Below are positions 9,448-18,665 of a DNA stretch of 60,155 nt, piece by piece; within the stretch, counting starts at the first letter, position 1, and the number at the start of each line of letters is the position of its first letter. Position numbers and translations under genes: made by a program. This stretch comes from a virus (lineage: Duplodnaviria; Caudoviricetes), in the IMG/VR virus record IMGVR_UViG_3300025277_000021, positions 1 to 60,155 of that record, one strand, 5' to 3'. The notes under the pieces were generated by a model. The model did no database searches, was not told the DNA's origin, and saw only the letters and a list, made by a program, of their open reading frames with translations.

Positions 9448-9650
9448 CCCAGGTCTTTATCCTGACGGTCTCTGACCGGGCGGACTTTGGCCGGGTAGTC
9501 CACTACTTGGCCTGGTCTTCCCGGGAGGGGGCCCAGCAAAAAGCGGATCAGGTGGTCCAGGCTTTGCTGGCCGATGAGCCCCAGTTCGGGGACACTTTTG
9601 AAATTGAGGTCCAGGCTGAAAAGGTCCGGGCCTTTCCGGAAGCGGAGTAA
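9444..9650 (+). CDS. Hypothetical early protein
   Basis: ATGA overlap with the previous gene. Confidence 0.6.
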   Translation: MTQVFILTVSDRADFGRVVHYLAWSSREGAQQKADQVVQALLADEPQFGDTFEIEVQAEKVRAFPEAE

Positions 9651-9719
9651 CTTGGCTGGGCTGCTGGCTTTTCGACCAGCAGTCTTCCTGGGCACTCCCG
9701 CCCTAATTTGGAGAAAACC

Positions 9720-9968
9720 ATGACCACCCTCGATCAATTCAAGGCCTCGGCCCGGGTTGTTGACCTCGAAGAGGCACCCTCCTGGATCAAAGAACTGGAC
9801 TGGCCAGCCGGCTCAAAAGTGCGGATTTACCAGGACGACTTCTGGATACTCCAGCGGCCGGATGGAGGCCACCACCTTCTTCTGGAGGCCGACGAGTTTA
9901 GCACCGGGCCGGATTGCGACCTGGCCGACCTCGAAGCCCGGCTTTTTGACTACGCCCAGAACGACTAA
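9720..9968 (+). CDS. Hypothetical early protein
   Basis: GGAGAAAACC RBS before ATG 9720. Confidence 0.65.
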   Translation: MTTLDQFKASARVVDLEEAPSWIKELDWPAGSKVRIYQDDFWILQRPDGGHHLLLEADEFSTGPDCDLADLEARLFDYAQND

Positions 9969-9995
9969 CCAACCCCTTAAATTGAGGACAACCCC

Positions 9996-10292
9996 ATGAC
10001 CCATCAAGCCCCTTCCGCGTTCTTGCGGGAACTGGTCCTAAACCACATGGAGACCTTCCTGGATGGAGGCCTGGACCCGACAAATACTGCTGACGCCCTG
10101 GAACTCCGGGCTATCATGCAGGATTGCCTCCATGCCCTTAACTTTCTTGAGCGCACAACAGACCTCCAGGGTCATGAGTGGGCCCTGGCTAGAAAGTTGA
10201 TTGAGTTCCATGAGGGAGCCCACACTGATGAGGAGCACTCTCCTTACAACCTGGCCACGTTTGATAGCCTCCTGGCTAAATTGAGGGCTTGA
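9996..10292 (+). CDS. Hypothetical early protein
   Basis: GAGGA RBS; 98 aa. Confidence 0.65.
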   Translation: MTHQAPSAFLRELVLNHMETFLDGGLDPTNTADALELRAIMQDCLHALNFLERTTDLQGHEWALARKLIEFHEGAHTDEEHSPYNLATFDSLLAKLRA

Positions 10293-10345
10293 TAAAAAGA
10301 TCGCGGGCACCCTCCACAAATATCAATAAGCCCGCGGTTTTTCAA

Positions 10346-10374
10346 TTTACAAGTCAATCAAGACTTGTTAATCT
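10346..10374 (+). promoter_or_regulatory. Sigma70-like early promoter
   Basis: TTTACA-N17-TAATCT with extended -10 TG. Confidence 0.65.
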
Positions 10375-10418
10375 ATACCTACTAACAAACACACACACCT
10401 TAAAATAAAGGAAACAAC

Positions 10419-10868
10419 ATGTCCACCCTTGAAAATCTGACCATCAAACAACTGGTTGCCAAACATGATGACCTCCCAGGTATTGAACCCATCAACAAAT
10501 GGAATGGTCGTAAAGACCTCCTGGTTGAGAAGGTTGCCCAGGCAATGAAGGACGCCCGGGGTAATAAAACCATCAGGGAAGTCTCTGAGGCCCTCCTTAT
10601 TGAGGTGTCCCACATTGAAGATGACAAACCCATTGGTCACCCCTATGACTACATCCTGGACAAGGTCCTGGAGGAATTCCCTGAGGCCAACACAACTGTC
10701 AAGTGTCTACGTTGGTATAACACTAAATTGAACTCTGACCCCAATGTTAAGATGCCAGTCCGCCCACGTAAGAAAGTGGTCAAACCTGAAGTCCAGGTTG
10801 AGCCAGAACCCAAGGCCCAGGCGGAAGAACCCGAGGCCAAGACTGAATTGGCTGACCCTCTGACCTAA
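10419..10868 (+). CDS. Putative DNA-binding protein (FP[DE]ANTT..WY domain paralogue)
   Basis: Shares EFPEANTT...WY.TKL with the 31299 protein; AAAGGA RBS; ends DPLT. Confidence 0.7.
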   Translation: MSTLENLTIKQLVAKHDDLPGIEPINKWNGRKDLLVEKVAQAMKDARGNKTIREVSEALLIEVSHIEDDKPIGHPYDYILDKVLEEFPEANTTVKCLRWYNTKLNSDPNVKMPVRPRKKVVKPEVQVEPEPKAQAEEPEAKTELADPLT

Positions 10869-11022
10869 CCAGTCAGATCACCTCCAGGGCTTAACGGCCC
10901 TGGAGTGTAGAGATGGTTAGCCAGGCACATCAAGGGTATAAGCCCTGTTACAGGCCTCCCAGGTAAATAAGCCCTGGCTAACCTTCCCTGCACTCTGCAG
11001 GACAACCTAAAGGAGAAAACCC

Positions 11023-11241
11023 ATGACTAACCCTAACATTGTTGAAGTTAACCGTGCCCGCCTGGATAAACTGGCCAACCTCTACATGGATGAACTTCAG
11101 GACAGGTGTTCTTTTACCCCAGCCAGCCTGGATGAATTCCTTCTCAAGTATGGTCCTGAAATGGGCAAGGTCGACTATGATCGGGGCCAGGCTATCCTGG
11201 GTCTCTTCCCTGAATATGGTGGTGATTGTGACCCCGAGTAA
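11023..11241 (+). CDS. Hypothetical early protein
   Basis: AAGGAGAAAACCC RBS. Confidence 0.65.
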   Translation: MTNPNIVEVNRARLDKLANLYMDELQDRCSFTPASLDEFLLKYGPEMGKVDYDRGQAILGLFPEYGGDCDPE

Positions 11242-11413
11242 GAAAGACCTTGAACGCCTACGGGCTCAAGAAGAGTGGGGCAAGTGGAATACTGCCCCTC
11301 TCGCTAACCGGATTTATGGCAAACCCTGGAAGGGCTGGGATTATATCATGCCCTTAATTGGCCTCCTGCCCTTTATCCTCATGGCCTACGCAATTTGGAG
11401 TAAGACACAATGA
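11228..11413 (+). CDS. Small membrane protein
   Basis: Probable GTG start at 11228; hydrophobic C-terminal helix. Confidence 0.5.
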   Translation: MTPSKKDLERLRAQEEWGKWNTAPLANRIYGKPWKGWDYIMPLIGLLPFILMAYAIWSKTQ

Positions 11414-11769
11414 CCCTATCAGAACTAATCCAGACCCTCGTCGACCAGGCGATCGAACTTAACCCAGGTTGGACCCTGGATGATGAGATGGAGATTGACC
11501 CTGTGGTCCTCCTGGCGCACCAGCCCTCCTGGCCTTTTGAATACCAGGTCGGCACAGTTGCCCTTCTGGATAGCAAGCAATACGAGCTGGACGAGTTGTC
11601 TGAAGCCCTTGCGGAACTGGGTCCTGATGACGAGGAAGACCGGGCCGGTATTAAGGATGCCATGGTTGATGTCGAAGCCCACGGCCCTGAACCAGTCTTG
11701 TTTATCGGTGAGGGCGGAGGCCAGCAATACCTCCGTGAGGGCGGCGCGACGGCTCTGGGCTGGCGCTAA
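11410..11769 (+). CDS. Hypothetical acidic protein
   Basis: ATGA overlap; HQPSWPFEY motif. Confidence 0.65.
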   Translation: MTLSELIQTLVDQAIELNPGWTLDDEMEIDPVVLLAHQPSWPFEYQVGTVALLDSKQYELDELSEALAELGPDDEEDRAGIKDAMVDVEAHGPEPVLFIGEGGGQQYLREGGATALGWR

Positions 11770-12041
11770 CAATACTGGGCCTGGCACAACGGGCGGACTA
11801 GTTCCCTCGTTGGGCCGTACCCCAAAAACCAGTAAATCTGGCTGGGTCATCGCCATTAAACTAGCATTGCCTGCACCAGCGTGTTGGCGTACTGGCTGTC
11901 AGCTGGGGCCAGCGTTGAAGCTTACTGCAGGTAGCGAGAGTGGGAAACTTTCCCAACAACATCGGGCGGCGCAGATTTTAGCCATTATTTTGCTAAGTGT
12001 CCAACCACCACAGCGATGAAGAATAAATCAGAGAATAGAGG

Positions 12042-12070
12042 TTCACAGTTCTCCATTCTCATGATACACT
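12042..12070 (+). promoter_or_regulatory. Sigma70-like early promoter
   Basis: GG-TTCACA-N17-TACACT with extended -10 TG. Confidence 0.6.
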
Positions 12071-12092
12071 AAAAACATCAGTACAAAGGAAC

Positions 12093-12437
12093 ATGTCTAT
12101 GTCCAACTACGCGAAAGTCGCGGCCCAATACCTGACGGCCTGGTGCCGGGCCACTTATGAGGTCGAACCAGATCGCATGGGATCAACCATGGCCTCCGGT
12201 GATATGATCGACGTCTTTGACCACACAGGCTATGTCACTCACAAGTATATCCCGGCTGACTATCTCACTGAGACCCTTGGTGAACTCCCGGGCGCCGGCG
12301 TATACGGGGCCTGGCGCATGAAAGATTGTACCTATCTTCTCCTGACCTGCCGAGGCGAACTGGCTTACTGGTCAGGGGAGGACGGCGACCACGCACACTG
12401 GCATGGCCTACGCAAACCAGAAGGTAAAGTCCAATGA
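12093..12437 (+). CDS. Hypothetical early protein
   Basis: AAAGGA RBS; 114 aa. Confidence 0.65.
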   Translation: MSMSNYAKVAAQYLTAWCRATYEVEPDRMGSTMASGDMIDVFDHTGYVTHKYIPADYLTETLGELPGAGVYGAWRMKDCTYLLLTCRGELAYWSGEDGDHAHWHGLRKPEGKVQ

Positions 12438-12928
12438 CCTATCAACCCTATGTCCACCTCTACTCCGGGGCTACCTGTGAGGACGTCTACGCCGAACAAG
12501 ATGATCGGAACTACGACGTAACCTTGGAACTCCTGGCCACCCCTCAGTGCAGCCTGGTATCCTCTGAATATTCCGAGGTCCTGGTTGAAACCATGGCCCG
12601 GGAAATGTGGGATGAAATCTCTGAGTTCTACCAGATGGATCGTGACGACAACCCCGAGGCCCCAGACATCAAGTTTGAAGACCTGATTGTTGTGACTTCA
12701 ACCAAGGTCGTTGAATACCCTGAAGACTACACGGGTGAGCGGTCCCTCAAGGAGATAACCGTCATTGAATATGCCTCCAACCTTCAACCCGAAGCCTTGA
12801 TCCAAATCGTCGTTCAGACACGACGACTAAGCCGACCGAACAACCTGACACAGACCGACACCGATCGTGTCACAGACTTCGACACGGCCCCGGGGGTAAT
12901 TGGAAATCAGTCCGGAGTAACCGAATGA
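12434..12928 (+). CDS. Hypothetical acidic early protein
   Basis: ATGA overlap; 164 aa. Confidence 0.65.
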   Translation: MTYQPYVHLYSGATCEDVYAEQDDRNYDVTLELLATPQCSLVSSEYSEVLVETMAREMWDEISEFYQMDRDDNPEAPDIKFEDLIVVTSTKVVEYPEDYTGERSLKEITVIEYASNLQPEALIQIVVQTRRLSRPNNLTQTDTDRVTDFDTAPGVIGNQSGVTE

Positions 12929-13110
12929 CCAAGATCGTGACAGTGATATTCTTTGGGGCACTAGGCCTAGTCACTCTGAACGGTGTACGCCTAACATTCT
13001 TCCCTGCCCACGCATGTAACCTAGTCCGTGAGAACCAGTTAGTCCCGGTATCCCAGTCAGTAATGGACTTCCATCGAGACCAGGCGTTACGTGAGGCTGA
13101 ACAGGAGTAA
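12925..13110 (+). CDS. Small hypothetical protein with hydrophobic N-terminus
   Basis: ATGA overlap; 61 aa. Confidence 0.45.
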   Translation: MTKIVTVIFFGALGLVTLNGVRLTFFPAHACNLVRENQLVPVSQSVMDFHRDQALREAEQE

Positions 13111-13239
13111 GCCCTAAGCCAGGCCCGGGATAGTTCAAACTCTCGGGCCTGGACCTCCACCCAAGAAAGAGTGTAGTGACTGGAGCTGCTGGGTTTACGA
13201 CCAAGAGAAACCCGAGCTCCCGCTCAGGGAAACGCCTAA

Positions 13240-13550
13240 AACTTACTGGCGCAGTCGCAGTCGAGCCAATAGTCAGATGGTAGTCGAGGCATTTATCGTT
13301 AGTTTTTAAGCACTTAAGACCTCTTTTGACTTTTGACTATGACTTTATGTTAGTATTTTATAGGGGTATTATGTATGTATGTATTATCGTAAGATTGATA
13401 TTTTATGGTTACATTCGTACATAACGGACGATTTCGGCGGTTTTAAAACGAGCGTTAGCCGACAGTAATTTTCGATCCCCCGAGGTCTAAGGCTATGTTA
13501 CTAAATATAAAAAAGGCTTGACTGCGCAAAACGACTACGCGCAGTTGCTA
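13240..13550. other. Candidate replication origin (AT-rich core flanked by inverted AGTC/GACT repeats)
   Basis: Lies in the largest ORF-free gap; AT-rich 13290-13420; GCGCAGTC/GACTGCGC and CAGTCGAGCC/GGCTTGACTG inverted pairs. Confidence 0.4.
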
Positions 13551-13795
13551 GGAGCCGACACCGTGGGACTCAACTCTTTGAAGCGCCTATAACCCATCAA
13601 GCTCATGCGCTCTAGTCTGCATTCAGGTTGTGAGCCTAGCGTTTGTCACCGCTGAGACGCGATTAGAGCAGGAGCTCCGACCAGCAACCCAGGCGGAAGC
13701 CTATACTATCTAAAACCGCCCGTCAGCGTCCACCCACTCCTGTTAACAGCCTACCGCCTATAAAATATATTTACTGGTCGACGGGCTCTATACAC

Positions 13796-13827
13796 TGGCA
13801 TACTAGGCGGCAGAGGCGGTTTATGGT
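13796..13827 (+). promoter_or_regulatory. Putative promoter of the TGG-CWTAC class
   Basis: TGG-CATACT-N17-TATGGT upstream of the 13878 gene. Confidence 0.45.
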
Positions 13828-13877
13828 TACACACGCCGCGCGCACACACGATGCGCCCAAGTTAAAAGGACTAGACA

Positions 13878-14363
13878 ATGGAACTGACAAGTGACAAAGT
13901 ACGGGCGGACCTTCAGCGCTCGATCCAGGGAAAGAAGCCGAAGCGCCGGCAGGCCCTGCGAATTACCCTGCTGACACGGCCCGGGGATGCTGATTATCCC
14001 TCGTGGGTTATCATGTGGTACATGCCGGCGGCTAAGGGAAATGGCGGCTCCGGGCACCGGATTTACGGGCGGGCCAAGCAAAATATCTTCAAGGATAAGT
14101 TCAAGGCCATAGAGCAGGTTAACGAGTACCTGCGGACCCGGCCAGCCCTGGAAGGCTGTACCCTGGAGATTGAGCATGAGATCGAGTTCTATGAGGAACT
14201 GGCCAGTGCTCGCAAGGCCCGGATAACCATGGACGAGGAACGGGAACTAGAGGCGTTCCGGGCTATCAACATGACCATCCCTGACAACCCGGAGAGCACA
14301 GACCGCAAGACCCCGACCAGCCAAGATAGAGACCCGGACGAAGAAATCGATCCGCTTGAATAG
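13878..14363 (+). CDS. Hypothetical protein (basic N-terminus, acidic DPLE tail)
   Basis: AAAGGA RBS; 161 aa. Confidence 0.7.
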   Translation: MELTSDKVRADLQRSIQGKKPKRRQALRITLLTRPGDADYPSWVIMWYMPAAKGNGGSGHRIYGRAKQNIFKDKFKAIEQVNEYLRTRPALEGCTLEIEHEIEFYEELASARKARITMDEERELEAFRAINMTIPDNPESTDRKTPTSQDRDPDEEIDPLE

Positions 14364-14371
14364 AGTGATGG

Positions 14372-14400
14372 TTTACAGTTCTATTCTAATACTGTATTCT
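14372..14400 (+). promoter_or_regulatory. Sigma70-like early promoter
   Basis: GG-TTTACA-N17-TATTCT. Confidence 0.65.
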
Positions 14401-14425
14401 ATTTATATCAACAACGGAGAAAACT

Positions 14426-14635
14426 ATGAACCTTGTATCAACCACCCCGTTCACCATGACCAAACCTGTTTCTCAACTTCTGTGGGGACAAATCCTGAAG
14501 GATGTGGAATTCTACGACCAGGAAGACTCCGCCCGTTTCGTAGTCATACTGGCGGCCCTCGGGTATACCCGGGGCTCCAAATTCATGACCCGGGAATACG
14601 ACATCCTGGTTGAGACTTCTAAGGAGGGACAGTAA
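14426..14635 (+). CDS. Hypothetical protein
   Basis: GGAGAAAACT RBS. Confidence 0.6.
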   Translation: MNLVSTTPFTMTKPVSQLLWGQILKDVEFYDQEDSARFVVILAALGYTRGSKFMTREYDILVETSKEGQ

Positions 14636-14946
14636 TGTCCCTCATCAACCACCTATCGGCTCCGGACTATAATCTCCTACACCATACACCTATCACTGAC
14701 CTGGCGGAGGCCAAGGCCTACATCAAGGTCCTGGTGAACAACAGTCTGGTGTACCACTTTGAAGAGGACCCCGAGGACATTCTTTGGGGTCTGTCAGCCG
14801 ATCGGCTCCCGACAGAGGCCGACAAACAGGCTCTGAACACCCGAACTCGTGAGTGTTATCAGAAGTCCATCGACTGGAGTCAGGACGGCGACTGCCCGAT
14901 CGGGTATTGTCTGATTTGCCTTGAAGAACAAGGGCTTGTACCGTGA
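14635..14946 (+). CDS. Hypothetical protein
   Basis: AAGGAGG RBS; TAATG overlap. Confidence 0.65.
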   Translation: MSLINHLSAPDYNLLHHTPITDLAEAKAYIKVLVNNSLVYHFEEDPEDILWGLSADRLPTEADKQALNTRTRECYQKSIDWSQDGDCPIGYCLICLEEQGLVP

Positions 14947-15245
14947 GGCTCTATTCCGAGGAGCGCAATGTCTTAGCCTTGGTCGGCGTGGGGGCGGTGC
15001 TCATTATTGGGTCCTTGATCTTCTTCGCCGTCCGGGAGAACGCCAAGCAGGTCCGGCTTATCGACGGTGGGACCTGCGACCAGGTGACTGAGGCACTCTA
15101 CCATCCGCCCCCGAGTTACGTCTGCACCATGCGAAACGCCGATGGGGGCTGTACAATGCAGACACCCATCTATAAGTCCCCGTACATGCGCACCCTCTGG
15201 CGCTGCGATGGGGAAAAAGACTTTTGGAGACGGAGTGAACCATGA
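14943..15245 (+). CDS. Membrane-anchored Cys-containing protein
   Basis: GTGA overlap; N-terminal TM helix; 4 Cys in the C-terminal domain. Confidence 0.6.
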   Translation: MRLYSEERNVLALVGVGAVLIIGSLIFFAVRENAKQVRLIDGGTCDQVTEALYHPPPSYVCTMRNADGGCTMQTPIYKSPYMRTLWRCDGEKDFWRRSEP

Positions 15246-15418
15246 CCCTACGACAAGCCCACGACGAGAAAGCCAAGGCGTTCCGCCACCTGGCGTGCGC
15301 AGCCTTCCACGAACGCCGCGGCCTTCCAGGACAAGAGCAAGCCAAGCAAGAGCGTCAGAGCGCCGTCCTGGCCTTCCGCAAAGCCGCTCAGTATCTGCGC
15401 CTAGACCTATACCTATAA
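15242..15418 (+). CDS. Small hypothetical protein (58 aa, not in the ORF track)
   Basis: ATGA overlap, GGAG RBS; MTLRQAHDEKAKAFRHLACAAFHERRG...LRLDLYL. Confidence 0.55.
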   Translation: MTLRQAHDEKAKAFRHLACAAFHERRGLPGQEQAKQERQSAVLAFRKAAQYLRLDLYL

Positions 15419-15453
15419 ATAAGTAGGCCCCGAGATATTTCTATCTCGGGGCC
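15415..15453. terminator. Terminator between convergent early genes and the primase gene
   Basis: GGCCCCGAGATA-TTTC-TATCTCGGGGCC, a 12-bp hairpin. Confidence 0.75.
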
Positions 15454-15516
15454 AAACCAGGGGAGCTGCTCAGGGTTTGCGGACACATGGAGGTCCCTGG
15501 TATTCGGTGTTACGCC

Positions 15517-17859
15517 TCAGGCAAGAGGATCGGCATCGCGCTTAATCAAGTCTTCAACCGTCTCGTCTGACAAGTCTGTGTGTCTTCGGTGCCGATTAGG
15601 CAGTGTGACAATAGCCGCCGATGTGTCGTCAATGTCATCGGCATTATCCCAATTATCCCCAGTCACCGCATCCTCAGCCTGCTGCTGGGCCTCAATGCTC
15701 ATTTCACGGTTATAGATCACGGCACGCATCTTGGGAGCGCGCTGATCCTCCCGGGCCTTGAGCTTCTGTTGAGCAGTCTGGAGATTATCATCTTCAGCGC
15801 TCAGCTTGTTCTCGGGCAAAGCCCACAGAACTAAGCGGCCTTTATTAGTGTGGGCCTGCTTCTTGGTATTAAAGGCCGGGACAGTATTGTTGAGGAACTT
15901 ACGGGCATGGCCCCGGGTATTCCGCATCTGCATCTTTTCAGGCAGGGCGTCAACAAGGTCCTGCTCTGCCACGTACTGTCCATGGAACGGCGGCAAGCTG
16001 CTTTGATAGAGGTGCAACCATTTGGCGTCGTAGTCTGATCTGGAGGCCTCACGCATCTCAGATTTAGAACTGGTCGACGGCGCTCGTCCCTTCCCGTTGA
16101 ACTTGCCGACGTCCCGCTTTTTGAGGTAGTCCCAGATAACCGCATCGCCACCCTCTTTTTCCGCCCAATTAAATAGACGATGGTAGTACTCATCGCCCTT
16201 GGGGAATGCCTCAGAGATGGCAATCGCATAACGGCGGTCGTCGTCCTCAACAGGCAAGGCGTCGTCGTGGTTGGTAAAAGCCAGGATCACACAGTTGTTG
16301 GTGATGCGCTGAGTAGGCTGATATTTCTCATTGACCTCGATGATTGGGTCAGTAACCATTGGCTTGAGGTGGTTCATGAGGTCCACCCGGCCTTTGACCA
16401 TCAGTTCCTCAATAACGACCAGCTTGACATTCCGTGCCCAACCGTTGAACTGCGATTGGATAGATGCGTTCATGGGCCGGCCGGTATTGTGTGGGCCAAA
16501 GATACGTTCCATGACCTGGCCAATAAAGGATTTACCCGTGCCCTGCTTGCCTTTGATGACAAGTGCAAAGTTGGGCTTCTGAGCCGGGTTCTGAACACAC
16601 CAGGCGAGGTAGTCAAGCACCATATTCCGTTCGGCCGCGCCCTCAAACATGTATTCCATGTGCTCAAGGAAGATTGACGGGTCGCCTTCAATAGGCTCCA
16701 GGTCACTTGGCCTCCAGGTATTGTACACGGCATCCACAAACTCGGGCTGCTCAGGCAAGAAGTCCATACGGTCAAACTTCCGCATAGTCCGGCCGCCTGC
16801 AAAGACCTCACCAGAGATGCTGCCCTTGTTATCCAGCATATGGTTGAACATGCTGTCAAAGGACTTGGTGTCAAACATCATGCCATCGCGGCGGCGGAAA
16901 AACATTTTGGCCTGGGCAATCCATACCCACTGATCCATAATGCCCGAGTATCTTTCCTCCTGCTCACCGTTAACAGGCGGCGGGCCATATTGACCCTCGT
17001 CGTCTTCGATGTCCGGGTCGCCAAAGTCATGCTCCGGGGTATCTCCGCCTGGAGGCACGACGCTTGCATAGTTGAAGGCGTTCTTAACCAAACTGGTAAG
17101 TTCCTCCGGCGACCAAGGCGGCTGGCATCGGTCATTCCAATGCTCGGTCAAAAGCTCCAGGGTCTTGTCCTCAGACACGCCCTTCTCGCGGAGTACGCAG
17201 ATTAGGTTGAACGTGCAGGTGTTGCCGTTCTGCCCAGAGATAGCGACCTTGGCGTCATATTTGAGGTGCTCAATAGCCCAGTTAATGTACTGCGGTTGAT
17301 CCTGGTCGACGACCGCTTCCTGGGTGTGCTCACGATCAGCGCGGCGCCCGGCTAGGTGTACAAGCCAATCAGGAACCTTGGCAACCGGGATTTGGCTGCT
17401 TTCTTCCCACTCGTATTCGCCCACCTCGGTATTCGAACCAGGAGCCAAGACGTAACCGCCTGCCCCACCGGAGCCGCGGGTATCGATGCCGTCCCCGACT
17501 TGCTCAACTGTGGTGCGCGCCGAGCCCGCAAAATAAAGATGGAAGCCACCGCTTGGTGTAGTAGCCCGGAGAGTGGCAGGGAGTTCGCCATAATCAAGCT
17601 CTAGGTCGTCAAGCGTCTTCTGTCCATTTTTACCGTGCTTCATGTCCACGTCGACGACGCAGAGGCCAGATGGTCCGGTGGCAATGCCGATGTTGTCATT
17701 AGGCCGGCTTGTCCACCATGCCTCGATAGTCTTTTTGTCAGTGGTGGCTTCAGTGCCCCACTTAACCCTCGGCTTGTTTGTGGTCCCTTCTGAAATAGGG
17801 AAAACATGCCACCCTTTAGTGGCATAAGACAAAGCGAGGGAGAGTTTAGATGAACCCAT
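15517..17859 (-). CDS. DNA primase/polymerase (bifunctional Prim-Pol) fused to SF3/D5-like helicase
   Basis: GWHVFP, NIGIATG, VVDVD, TPSGGFHLYF and GGYVLAPGS Prim-Pol motifs; PriCT-like W..RCQPPW; Walker A GKQGTGKS, VVIEE, DDDRR. Confidence 0.9.
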   Translation of the reverse strand: MGSSKLSLALSYATKGWHVFPISEGTTNKPRVKWGTEATTDKKTIEAWWTSRPNDNIGIATGPSGLCVVDVDMKHGKNGQKTLDDLELDYGELPATLRATTPSGGFHLYFAGSARTTVEQVGDGIDTRGSGGAGGYVLAPGSNTEVGEYEWEESSQIPVAKVPDWLVHLAGRRADREHTQEAVVDQDQPQYINWAIEHLKYDAKVAISGQNGNTCTFNLICVLREKGVSEDKTLELLTEHWNDRCQPPWSPEELTSLVKNAFNYASVVPPGGDTPEHDFGDPDIEDDEGQYGPPPVNGEQEERYSGIMDQWVWIAQAKMFFRRRDGMMFDTKSFDSMFNHMLDNKGSISGEVFAGGRTMRKFDRMDFLPEQPEFVDAVYNTWRPSDLEPIEGDPSIFLEHMEYMFEGAAERNMVLDYLAWCVQNPAQKPNFALVIKGKQGTGKSFIGQVMERIFGPHNTGRPMNASIQSQFNGWARNVKLVVIEELMVKGRVDLMNHLKPMVTDPIIEVNEKYQPTQRITNNCVILAFTNHDDALPVEDDDRRYAIAISEAFPKGDEYYHRLFNWAEKEGGDAVIWDYLKKRDVGKFNGKGRAPSTSSKSEMREASRSDYDAKWLHLYQSSLPPFHGQYVAEQDLVDALPEKMQMRNTRGHARKFLNNTVPAFNTKKQAHTNKGRLVLWALPENKLSAEDDNLQTAQQKLKAREDQRAPKMRAVIYNREMSIEAQQQAEDAVTGDNWDNADDIDDTSAAIVTLPNRHRRHTDLSDETVEDLIKRDADPLA

Positions 17860-18027
17860 TGTGGCTCTCCTCCATGATCCGCTTGACCAGAATACGCCAT
17901 TCGACTTAAAATGGAAACCATTTTGTCATGTGGATGAAGCAACACAGGTTTACTCACATCATATTCCGCGCGTGCGCGTGAGGCGGCAACCAGCGCCGTC
18001 CGGCCTTTCCTGCGTTGTATTTGCGGG

Positions 18028-18056
18028 TTTCTATGGCAATCAGGTTTGTCTATAGT
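18028..18056 (+). promoter_or_regulatory. Putative middle promoter
   Basis: GG-TTTCTA-N17-TATAGT. Confidence 0.5.
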
Positions 18057-18101
18057 GAAATTGTTGAATGTATCACAAGGCACGAACAGAGGAGCCTAAC
18101 C

Positions 18102-18665
18102 ATGACGAAGACCATTGACGAACAGCTTGAGCGGTTCGCATCAGCCCAGGAACGATCGGCCGTAGCGCTCGAGGGTATTCTTGAAGCTCTGACAAACGGC
18201 GCAGTTGTTGGGAGCACCGCGAACAACACTTCAGTGGCCGACGTCAGCACCCCGGAGGACACCGATGCCGGAACCAGTGACGAAACTACCACCGAAGAAG
18301 TTTCCAACGAAGAAGCGGAAACACCAGAAGTCCAGGAAGAAGCGCCAACCGCTGAACCCGAGCCCGAGCCCGAGGACAGTGGAAGCCAGGACGAACCGGC
18401 GGAAGCAGAAGCAGCTGGAGAAGAAAGCGATGAAGGAGACCCTCTCGGTGATGGAGGCACTTCTTCAGACCCGTACGCCCTCCCCGAAAAGCTGACGAAC
18501 GACACGCTTCGGGGGTTTGCCCGGGACCTCATGGAGAAAGAGGGCAAGGCCGCAGTTTTCGAAGTGCTTGCCGAGAGCGGCAAGGGCTACAAAGCGGTGG
18601 GCGAAGTGTCGAAAGACGACCTGCGCGAGGCTCACGAAAACATGGCAAACCGTCTGCGCGGTTAA
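18102..18665 (+). CDS. Highly acidic, low-complexity protein with a C-terminal helical domain
   Basis: GAGGAG RBS before ATG 18102. Confidence 0.7.
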   Translation: MTKTIDEQLERFASAQERSAVALEGILEALTNGAVVGSTANNTSVADVSTPEDTDAGTSDETTTEEVSNEEAETPEVQEEAPTAEPEPEPEDSGSQDEPAEAEAAGEESDEGDPLGDGGTSSDPYALPEKLTNDTLRGFARDLMEKEGKAAVFEVLAESGKGYKAVGEVSKDDLREAHENMANRLRG

